Positions 48,001 to 60,000 of a stretch of 64,000 nucleotides of DNA are shown piece by piece. The notes beneath the pieces are model-generated. The model was not told where the DNA came from and made no database searches. It saw nothing but the letters and a program-made list of their open reading frames with translations. A program made the translations under genes and the position numbers. Source of the stretch: an uncultured Planctomycetales bacterium (GTDB lineage: Bacteria > Omnitrophota > Gorgyraeia > Zapsychrales > JANLHA01); NCBI GenBank assembly GCA_964374105.1, contig CAYJXI010000001.1, forward strand, positions 135,743 through 199,742, read 5' to 3'. Position 1 is the first letter of the stretch. Each line of letters opens with the position of its first letter.

Positions 48001-51000
48001 CCTATGAAAGAACCTATCAAAGACATTACAATGAATTCCTTTCTTTAGTGCATTTCTTTAGGCCGTTGCTTAATGTGTTAGGGGTTGAAAAACGTACTCG
48101 TGAGCAAGCGATGAACATAGCCCGAGCCTTTGGTATCAGGGCGGCAACCAAGGTGCATGCGGCTTACAACGCCAAAGTCTTCGCAGCCAAGCAAGGCTTT
48201 TTGGCGATGGCTTACCAGAATGAAGAAGACAAAGTAATAAGGTTCACAAATATCTCAGAGGAGAATCTCACCCAAGGAAACGAAAATTCAAAAGCGACCT
48301 ACGCTGTCACCCTCAAGCAGATTGATGCTCACACCTGGATCGCCCAAAGCAGAAAAGGAATTTATCGATATCAACTAACGCCAATGTCATTGTCCGATTT
48401 AATACGATTGAAAAAACAAATCATCGAGTCTGCGAAGAATGGTGAAAGCATATCAGATCTCGCCAGCTATATCGATTCGCTCATAAACTTCAATTGGAAA
48501 AAGACCAGTGTGATTGTAGGGTTGTTCCTCAATGATCGGATCGTTGGTTTCTATGAATTTGATAAAGCCACCAATTACCTAGGCTTTATTATTGTTCATC
48601 ATCGATTTAGAGGGACAGGCGCTGTGGATATCCTTCTTGAAGACTTGGAAAGGAGAATATTTAACGGAGATAAAAAAGTAAAGTTGAATGCCTCCATTAT
48701 TCGTTTCTCTTTAAGAGCCGATGAGACCTTCGAAAGCGGCACGATCATGGAATTTAAGAAAGCGTTAGGGGTCTTGAGTGAGGTCACCCTATCCGTAAAA
48801 GATGAAAGTCAGCTTCCAGTGGGACAGCCGACAGCGATGTTACCTCGCTTCCGGAAACGATTAAAGCAAGCGATTGAAGGAGGGACACTCAAGGAATTCT
48901 TAAAAGAGGTGGCTTATTGGGAAGAGTCCAAGCGGAGAAATTATCCGGCCTCAGTGAGTCCGATTGAGTTTGTGCGCTGGCATAAACGAATTTTTGATGT
49001 TTCCACTGGCAAATGGCGAAAGCCAGATGAAAGCGACAAATTCCATCTTTTGAAATTAGCGCTTCAGGCGGATAGAGCCTATGAAAGGGCCATGATCAAG
49101 TTCTATGAAAAATACAAGGGGAATATCGACAAATCTCTTTGGGAAAGACCACTGTGGAGAATTTCTGCAGAGAAGATGAAGACCACTTTATTGATCTTGG
49201 CCGGAATGGCCCATGAGGAAGGACTTAAAGCCGCCAGTAGAGTCCATACTCAATATAATCTTCGTATTATGAAATCAAGAATAGGCATCCTGGCGATGGC
49301 GAATGGAGAGGATAAGAAGAAAAACTCTAAACCTTCGTTTGGCTTTTCTTATCCTGTGACATTGATCCAGATGGATTCTGTCACTTGGATGGTGGAAAGT
49401 AAAAAAGGTCGATATCTATTGAAGGTCTTAGGTTCAATTCATGATGGTATAGTTACCGTCCGTTTGATTTACAAAGGCGAATATGTCGGTTACTACGAAA
49501 TTAATTCTCACGATTTTTTTATAAAACATGTTCGTGTTGATGAACAATTCCAAGGGACAGGAGCATTTGATGTTCTTCTGGAGGATATGTTGATCAGAGT
49601 CTTACACGATGATCCCATAAGAGAGGTCCAAGCGATTATCATGCGGGACTCAGAAAGAACGGACCGGACCTTTAGGCGGGGAACATTGGCCGAATTTAAA
49701 CGAGCTTTAGGGGTTCTCAGTAAAGTCAAGGTTAAAAGGAAAGGTGACAACCACCTTAAAATGATGATGAAGAAATATAGGCTCAAATTGAAGACATCCG
49801 TTGCTCAAGAACATAAAGTGAATGATCCCGAACTTCCTGGCCTGCTTCCTATCTGGAAAGGGGAATTTGAACAACACAAAAAACAAGGACGAATTTTGGA
49901 ATTCTTGGCGATGGCGGTCTATTATGAAGAAAGCAAACGATCGATCAATCAAACCCGGGCGCCGTCCAAAGAGTTTGTGAAGGCGCATCGGCGTGTTTAT
50001 GATGTCACAAAAGGCAAATGGCGGAGGCCAAACTTCAGTGACAAAAAATCCCTCTTTAAACTCGCTAAATTAACCGACCAAGCTTATTGGCTAGCCTATG
50101 ATCAATTTTTAAAACGTGCTAAGACTTTTATTGATATTGCCAGTGATTTTGGAAATATTGCAGAAGTTGAAAAAGAAGCCAAAAATTTTGCCCATCGGCA
50201 AGGGGTTGAGGCGGCAACAAAGGTGCATCTTGAATACAATCTTAATATTTTAACATCGGGTGTAGGAATCTTTGCTCTGGAAGACGAACAACATTTGATT
50301 CATGGTTCCCAATGGGATGGATTCAAAGGAGTCATTTTTGATCTCGATGGTGTCATTGTTGACACAGGACATCTTCACAGACGTGCCTGGGAATTAACTT
50401 TGGATAGGCCCGTGGATGAGGTGATGGCCAAACGATATTTCCGCGGCAAGAGTGCTTTGGAGGCGGTAAGGGCCCTGATTGAGGCAGACCTGTTAACCGG
50501 GCTCGATGAATCTTCCATCCGGTATCTCAGCCATAAAAAAGTATCGATCTTTAATGATCTTTTCAGGACAGAAGGTGTTCAACCCTATGCGGGTAGCGTG
50601 AAATTCATTAATGAATTAAGACATGAGAATATTGTTCTGGGGGTTGGTTCTTCCAGTCCTATTGCCGAGGAAATCTTAAAGAGCATTGGATTAAGAGATT
50701 ATTTTAAGGCGGTTGTGGGAGGACGCGGCATCACCCAAGGCAAACCCCATCCGATGATCTTTCATCTGACAGCGGAAAAGATGGGATTGAATCCCGAAGA
50801 TATCGTGGTCGTGGGGGACTCTGTCCCGGATGTGCAGGCCGCGGTTCAAGGAGGATTTGGATTTACCATTGGGATCATTCGCGATGGGGAAGACAATAAT
50901 TATCAAGCGCTCCTTGAGGCCGGGAGTGATTTGGTTGTCAATGACTTAAAAGATATCAGTGTTGATCAAGTCAACAGACTCTTTATTGATAAGAGAAAGA

Positions 51001-54000
51001 GGATTGACATTATTAAAAATCAGAAAGAAGAAGATGACAGCCGTCTTGAAGTCTCAACGATAACTCTATTATTCAGGGATGTTGAGCAAATATTGAATTC
51101 GGGTCTGGATTACGAAGCCAGATTGCAGACCTTACGGCAGTACCATGACCGGCTTTTGGCTCAATCCATCCTGGATGTAAAGCAAAATCTGGATGCGCCG
51201 GTCGAAAAATTTGAGCATGAGATCCTGATGGCCGTTATCCGGCTGGCAGAAGAAAAAATCGGAAGATTCCCTGGCCGTTACGCCGTAACGATTGTGGGCA
51301 CCAAGACCACCCCATTTGCTGATTTAGATGTTTTGATTTTTGCCAACAGAAACAGACCCAAATATTTTAAGAAATTCATAGCGGAGATCCGAGCATCCGC
51401 AGAAAAGGTGGGATTGGTTATTGACCCTGTTCCGTTTAGGGTCATTCCAATAAGAAGGTTGAAGAAATATTACCAATACTTTGATGAGCGGGCTTTGTTT
51501 GTCGATATGGTTATCCGCTGGAATGTGGATTTTGTGGCACTCACACATCTTATGTCCATGCAGTTTATCGGTGGAGCAGAAAAATTCTACCAACGGGTTC
51601 AAAGAAAGGTGAGATCAAAGATTTACCGGTTAAGGCCTAAGAAAATCCATTTGATTGCCGAAGAGCATCTTACCCCGATATTCGGATACGAGGATAACAA
51701 GCGTTTCCACATCAAAGATGCCATGCACAATATCCACGACATTATCTTTTTCTATCGCCTGGTTTATGGCCATCGTGAACACAGGCTTAGGGAAGCCCAT
51801 AATGGCATGGACACACTAGAAGTGCTTAAAGACTTAAGTTTGATCTTGTTGGAGGAATACCAAATCCTGAAAGAGTTTTATGCATTGTTGATCCATCTGT
51901 TTAGGATTATTCAATTGAAGCACCAAAAAATTGTCGATGTCCTTGAGCCAACGGATTTTGCTCTGGTTGCGGCAGGTCTGGGATTAAGCGAATCTCAATT
52001 GAAGGATCAATTGGTTTTTTATAGTCTGGCCTTGGAGAAGAGCCGTAAATTCATTCAAGAAAATGTTTCCTTCTTGATTTCTGGTGAGCAAAGCAAAAAA
52101 GGTGGCAGTCACATTGACAAAGAACATAAGGAAGATGAAAAGAAACAAGGTTACTTTGGTAATCTTACCTTAAAGGATATTGATGCAATCGAAAAGGCTG
52201 TTGAATACCGTTTGTTTAAGATCATTCCACAATTCTTAGGGAAGCCGAAGTCCCAGGACACAAAGTTCTATGTTTTCGAGATCCCCGCTCAATATTTTTT
52301 AGAAAATTATCCCAAAAAACTCTTTATCTGGGCCCGCCTGCCAATGAGAGCAAAGGGCGGGCAGGCCAGGAGAAATCAAAGGGATGAGTTAGAGATCTTC
52401 TTCTCCTGCTCTCAATTCCTAAAACAGTTTGAAGAGAAGGTGGCCGGTCAATTAGCATTAGCCCTTGAGGCTGTTGCCTTGCATGAAACTTTAGAGCTCA
52501 GTTACCGAGAATTCTATCAATGGGATGATGCGCATCGAATGGCAGTTGGGTTTATGAAACAACAAAGTAGATTTGTGAAGATGATGGGACTCTTAGAAGA
52601 ATTATTTGCCGAGGTCACCGAACCCAAAGAATCTTTAGCCATGGGAACACATGAGGCTCAGGAATCCCGCGATCTAAGCCAACTCACCCTTAAACAACAA
52701 AGAGGTAGAAAATCAAAGATTGAAATAAGATTAGAAGACAAGGAAATGCTTGAGAAGATCAAGGGTAAAAATATGACCGAGGCCGCTTGGATCTTGGATG
52801 TCTCAGTGGCGGGCTTAAGGCTCTATTTAAAGAGAAATCCAGGGAAAGAGCAGGAACTAGGACTCCATAAGCAACGCGGAAAGAAGCCCAGACACCAGCC
52901 AGCCCCCATCGTTATTCAGAAAAAAGAATTGAGGGTAGAAGAATTATATCCTCTTATTTCCTCCTCACTGAAGTTCAATATTAATAAAGAAGAATATTCT
53001 AGGGCATTGAGATTGGTTGAGGAAATTCTTCTTCTGCCGGTTGAGAAGATTATGGTGGTTGAAGACGGACTCGAGTATCTAGCGGTCATGTTGACCTTAC
53101 TGGGCAAAGACGTTACCTATGTAGCCGAAACAAAGGTGGAAGCAGAGAATATGGTGATGTATATGCAGATCTTCCAAGACCGGGCGTTAGAAAAGGGATG
53201 GGATTTAAGTCTTAAATTTACGGCGATTGGGGGTGTCCAGCAAACCCCGTATGGTTTGGATATGTCTCCCGATGTCAATGATCTGGACATCGAAGCGGAA
53301 TTGGAGAGCTTCTTAGATATTAAGAGAACTCTGACCTTAGATTTACAGAAAGTCAATTTAGGCCTGGGGACGTTTGATTTTATCACCTTTGTAGATTTCA
53401 TGAGCCAGGGTATCCGACGTCCTTACAAGACTTGGCTTAAAGGTGCTAAGAGACATTTAAAAGAAGAGGGCTTTATCCTCATTGACGAATATAAACCCGG
53501 CCGGGATCAACAAGCCATGATTGATGATTTTAAAGTCATCTTCCCCCACCGCCAATTACTCACGAAGGAATCTTTCTTAGGGAGGGATGAGAAATCCAAA
53601 GCAAACCGATTTTACCGCATCACCCAGAATTCGCAAGGAAGATCACCGAAAGGCCAAGGTTATTTCGGCAATTTGCATAAAGACCATATCAGCGAAATCA
53701 AAGCCATCGTTAAGGCTGGAAAGAAAATCAATGTCATTCCAAAATTCAATAGACTCTTGCGCGCCATCGAAGGCGTGCCGGTTTTGTTCTTTGTCTTAAC
53801 CGAAAACATTGCCCGTGCGCCACCGGAAGGCTTTATTTGGGCACGGTATCATTTGGGTGTTATCCAAATATTTTTCTCTTTTGATTTAGTCGGACGATTC
53901 CATGATCGACTCCAAAACAATCTCAGCCAGGCTTTAGAGATTGTGGCCGTCCACGAATATCAGGAGATTATCCTCAAAAAATCCCATGAAGAGACAGACA

Positions 54001-57000
54001 GGGAAACCGTAAAGGTCTATGGTCAGCGGTTCCCGCAGATTTTAGAGACCTTGGCGGGATTATTGAATAGCGATATTGGTCATTATGTGGCTATGCAAGA
54101 ATTAGGCTCATGGATTATCCTTGAGGAAAAGACAGGGAGAATCCGCTTGCGATCTGAAAGTCCAGCCATGAAATTATCGTTTACTCTTTGGGCGGTCCGC
54201 CATGGCCAGACAAAAGGGAACATCAAAGGGATATTCCAAGGCGCGGTGGATAAAGAAGTCAATCAGCTCGATAAGACAGGACACAAGCAGGCTCAGACAG
54301 CTGCCCGGAAGTTGTTCAAAGAGCTTAAAGATGAGATTCATTCCGGCCGAGAGATTGTTGTGGTGACCAGTCAGTTTGCCCGGGCCAGAGATACCGCAGC
54401 CGCGTTTATTAATCTTGTTAAAGAAAAAGCAGGACTGATCATTCATCCCATTTTAGACAAAGGGGCCAATGAGATATCCTTTGGGATTTGGGACAACAAA
54501 ACCGAAGAGCAATTGCGCCGCGAACAAGAAAGGATATCTCGTTATCGCAAAGGACTGGATGCCGCAATCCGGCCGCAGGGCGGGGAGAGTTTTCTGGATG
54601 TTGTCAGGCGCGCACGATATTGGCTTCTTGAATTAAACAATCGTTATCGCGGCAAGACCGTTATCGTTTTTAGCCACGGAACGCTTCTAAGCGCGGTGCG
54701 GGTTTTGTTAGGCGACACGTCCCTCCATGATGAGAGCGGCCAGATTGACTGGCGTAACAAAATGATCCCGCATGCCGAACCGGTATTGCTGGCAAAACCC
54801 CGGGTGTTAACTAACACAGATATCGAATTAGGCTACTCTCATCAAGATCCTGCTAAAAGCAACCGTCCCTTAACGAATAAGGAAATTTCAAGGATCAAGG
54901 GAATTTTAGATCAACACAAAAAGATAATTCAAGAGGCCCCTATCAGCCATGATGCTGAAAAACAAAAGCTGATTCGTTTAATACGAAAGAAGTTTGAAAA
55001 AGAATCAGACATCTTAAATCGAGCTAAAGTGATCGAGGCTCCTTCAGAAGTCGCTGAGGCTATCGATGAGCTTAAGAATACAAGTCCGGATCTTACCCTC
55101 TCTGCCCTAAATACGGAATGGGAAGGTCAAGACTATATCATTCTCTTTGAAGAAACAACAAACCAGCGAGAACTTCTGTGGCGTGCAGTTCTGCATGAGG
55201 CAAAGGCTATTCAACTAAAAGGGACAGCCACCTCCAAGCAGATCCATACCCGCTCCGAGATTTTTGAAAATGATTTCTTCAATTTCCAGAGAAGAAGAAA
55301 GATGATCCTTTGGGGTATACCTACGACATTGGCCATTTTGGGCGGTGGGTTTATGTTAGGTGAGTTCTTGAAGCTTAGCCCAATGGAAGAGGATACCTTG
55401 GAAATTTTCTATGGCCGGCACAGCACTAAAGAAGATTTTGAAAAATATAAGAAATATCTTGCTCGACAAATCAAAAGAGCCAAGCTCGCAGGAAAGAAGA
55501 TGATCTTCCTTCATGAATACAATGGCCTGGAGGCGCATTTCAATCATCCGTGGGTGAGAAGAATCTACAACTTATACCTCACCAATCTTCAAGAGGCGCA
55601 GAAAGAACTGGACTCAGAAAGAGAGCAATCCGAAGCCGCGGCCAACCGGTATATCCGCGGGATATCAAAAGGATTGATGGTGGGTGGTCTCGCAGAAGGA
55701 TTTTTAAGAGACACAATTGAATTCCTCAAAGAACATCAGATTGAGATTGTCTATGAAAAGCTGAAAGTCGAAGATTGGGTTTTAAGTGTCCAAGCGAGCG
55801 TTGAATTGCAAAACGCCACCGACCATTTTCTAGCAGGAAACATCAATAGCTACTTAGAGAGTATGCGAAACAAATGGTTGTTCAATCAAAGAAGCACCGA
55901 AGGCCGAGACCAGAAATTAAGGCAGCAGATTAATGACTTTATGGCCCCCGGGAATGTTTATCTTATCAGCCATCGCGGGACATACCATGTGGGAATGGAG
56001 AAAGTCTTGACCCAAGCCAATTATAAAGTCAAAGCTCATCATGAGCCTTTAGCCGAATTGTTAACGAAACAGCATGGCTGGTCTATCATCACACTCAAAG
56101 AAAGACTCGGGGTTGTGGTTACTGAGCAAGAACGCCGTCTTAGGCTCTATCAGGAGATGGTTGGACAACTGCTGCATAATTATTTCATCAATAAGAAGAT
56201 AACTCAAGATGACCGCGAAAAAATGGTGAATGCCATTTTGAGTTCTGAGAAAGTTACCGAAGAGATGGTGATGGAGTTGTCTCAATATTTAGCTGTCTTG
56301 GGGAATCAAAGTTATTCCTTCCTTACCCAGAGGGCTTATCAATGGCTTGAAAAGGAGGGTTTGATTCCCGAATCAGTTAAAGCGAGGCTTAAAGACAACA
56401 CCAGAAGCAGCCGGCTGCTGACGGATAAAGAGAATGAATACATTCAAAAGGTAATGATGGAACACAAAGAGCAAATCGCTCTGGCGGCCCGAGAGGCTAT
56501 CGGGGATGATCCCTTTAAAGATAAGAAAGAACTTATCATTAAGATTCTTAAGGACAATCAATACCAGGATCTGGCTGAGCGTTTAAGGAATGCAGTTGTC
56601 ATCACGGCACCTCTTCATGGGATCAAAGATCACATTTTAAGAGGATTGATCCAAGATATTTCCCTCCTTGAAGGAGTAGCCAGAACAAAAGACGAACCGT
56701 TAATTGTCTATGCCCTGAATAGCCAAGTTGCCATTGAAGAAAAAGATTTTGATGTGATCATTCTTCTTTCTGTCAGCCAAATCAATGAATTGGAAATCAT
56801 CAAATCTCTTGTTCATGAAACAGTGGCTATGTCTAAGGTAGGAGAGGATTACACAAAGGTGCACGCAGCTGCATTGGAATTAGAAAATTGGATTGAAGAA
56901 CAATTAACAAATCTTTCTGCCTCTAAGTCTAAGAAAGGGAAGAAAAATCCTAAGGAAGATAAGACCAAACGAAGAAGGAAAGGAAAGAAAAGTATCAACG

Positions 57001-60000
57001 ATCTTTTCTTTGACTTAAGCGATCCCGATGAGTTTATTGCCTCTGAGGCCGCCATTGAGTTAAGTCTAAGGGACGATCTCTCCATAGAACAGTTACTCGA
57101 TTTCTTAAATGATCCTCAATTGCCCGCCAGCCATGATCCCCGTTGGGAAAGGGAAGTTTACAAAGAAGATGTTGTTTTAAGAAACCTTCGTGTGGCTGTT
57201 TTGGAAATCCTGAAAGATACCTTAAGTGATGAGGATTCATTACCTCAAGCCCATAAACATAAGCGAATATATATTGATCAAATCCTCAATCAATTGGCAG
57301 CGGAATGGACTGACAAAGATGACGATCTTCTTTCAACTATCATTAAGAAGAACCCTAAGAATCCGTTGGGGGCTAAGGAAAAATTATCGTTACTGCATGT
57401 CATGACCTTGACGATTCGTTGGTACATTGGTCTGCTTAAGAGTTTTCCCGCCCTGTGGTTTTTGGATACGCTTGAGGAGATTTTAGACTTTTCTTTAGAA
57501 TCCATGGCTCGCCGGTTATGGTTAGATCGCTACTATTTAAGTGATGCTTGTGCGGCGATTCGTATGATTCATCCTTCTATCGATACCCGGCCCGGCCAGA
57601 TCGTTTACGGTGGTATTTTATCGAAAGTGAAATCCGGCAAGCGGCATACCCCGAAAATAAAAGGCCCACAAACACCAAAAGGAAAAACTTCAAAAAGAAC
57701 CTCAAAAGAAAAATCAAAGAAGGAATCTCAGGCAGAAGATCTGGGCCCCGCAGAGGATGTGGATACATATTTAGATCCAACCAGAAGCAGCCGGCCGCTC
57801 ACTCGCAGAGAATATGATTATGTCAACAAGGTACTTAAGGACAATAAGGATTTAATTCTTAAAGAAGCCAAAGAAGCCCTTCAATATCCTCCTTACAAAG
57901 AAATAAAAGAATTCATCGCCAAAATTTTAGAGGATCAAGAGAAAGTTGATATCGCCAAACGATTACGGCATGCGATTGTCATCCATGCCCCGCCTGCGGT
58001 TGTTGAGGCCATTGTTTCTCTTCAAGAAAAATCCACCCACACCCCGCTCGTTGTGTCGGCCTTAAATACTCAAATCAAGATCAAGTACAAAGTCCATGAT
58101 GTGATTCTCCTTATGCCGGTGAGTCAAAATGACGAAATCGTGTTGGCCCGGACTTTGGTGCATGAGACGATCGCCATGAGTTTACAGGATCAAGTATCGT
58201 ATCGAGAAGCCCATTACCAAGCGATGATCGCTGAATTGATGGTCGATTTTTACATGAAACCGACCATTGCCGTTTATACGGATAACAACAGTCCTGAAGC
58301 CCAAAGAGAGATTGTGCGAGATTGGAATATTCTTAAATATCCTCAAAATTCCGTGAATGTTGTATTATTCGAAAGTTATCCGGCGGATTATGAGAATCTG
58401 ATTATTCACGACGGCCGTGTCTTTATCAAGAAAGCCTTAGTATATTCTGCTGTCTTGGATCATTTCTTTGCGTTTGAATTTAGAGAAAGACCGGTTGAAA
58501 TTCATTATCTCTATTTAAGAGTCCAGACCTTTAGTTTATCAACTAGGGAAGAACTCCAGCAAATTCAATTCCCCATGGATTCGAGCCCGCTGGTCTATTA
58601 TTTGGAAATTAATAAGAAACTCCAAGTGGATTTAGTCAAAGAACTGGGAATCCCCACCAAAGATATCAAGCTCATCTTTAAAGGGCAAGACACAGAGGAA
58701 TCCTTTGTAGTTAAGGGATTAGAGGGACTCCTTAGCCAGGGGATCCACAAGGTATTTATCCAGCCCTCCAACATGGCAAATCAGAAATTTACAAGTGTCT
58801 ATGACTTACGCGATCCAAGCCAATTTGAGCATGCCGTGACTTTGATCTTGAAGGGAGTTAAGCACCCAACCAAACCGATGATGCTGGTTGAGGATTATAT
58901 TCCTCATTTGCAGAGTTTCGGCAGAAATACAATGATCCGTTTAGTTGTGACACAAAAAGACACAGGAGAATTCATTGTGGATCCTATTGCCATATCGGTT
59001 TTCGAGGAAGTGGAAGGGACATTTGATTATGTGAAAGAAGGATTCAAGGCTTGGATTTTACTGCCCCTGGAGGGTCATAGTGTTCCTGAGGTTTATTTAA
59101 AGCCTCAGCCCACAAAGGAATTCTTAGAAACAATCGAGGATATAAGGCTTAAGGATCCCAAGGTGATCGAGGCCTTTTATAACAAGGTCGTTCATACAGT
59201 GCTTAGAATCGAAGAATACTTGACAAAGAAAGGGTTCGGGGCGCAAAGCCGAGCTTATGATTTTATTATCTCTCAAGAATGGGAACGTAATGAGACAACC
59301 GGTTTAGATTTACCAAAACTCTATTTTGCCGAGGCCTCAACCGCCTATCGCGGCTTAACCAGAATTTTCCGCAAACATCTCATAGAAACGGCGACCTCAA
59401 TGGCCATCGAGCGCTTTAAGAAAATCAATGATTTGCAAAAAACAGATGATTCTCAGGGACATCTGAAAGAGGATAGCGCCCTTTATGTTAAGTGGATTGA
59501 AAGTTTAAGAAGGAGCCTCAAGGAGCAATTGGAATTACCCACGGGTCAAATCGACAATGAGGAAATCCGAAGGCAACGCGAGGCCCTTTTCAATGGAATC
59601 AGAGGACATTTAACCAACGATGGTCAGTTGATCCTGGATGAGGCGCTTGATTACTATGGCCATTATGGAGTGAGTGAATCAAAGCCCCATGTCTTAAAGG
59701 GAAGATCCGATATTCGATCAGTCCTTTTTGCCATTGAGATCTATATCATCACGCATCAGGTGAGTTTGGAGGAAATGAAAGGCTTAGAAGAAGTTTTGGA
59801 GGTTTACAACCGACTGCGAAAGAAGCTCAATCAAGCGGATCCGCAAAATGAACACGGATATGATTCTCTCCTCCTTTCGATGATGATGGCGATAACGGCC
59901 TTCCATAATGAGAAACAAATTCCTGCATATTTGCGTTTGGTGAAACAGTTAGAGAATCTTCCCGGGGAATACAGATATTTGGCGGTGACCTTACACCTGT

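Noticed and set aside
1843-57817. Short plus-strand ORFs in frames 1 and 2 (e.g. 18091..18444, 9049..9345, 39040..39330, 57548..57817)
   Set aside because: These are out-of-frame overlaps of the frame-3 giant ORF. Their translations are Arg/Ser/Pro-rich nonsense, typical of alternative frames. The frame-1 stretch at 50281-50340 is the one exception and is reported as a finding.
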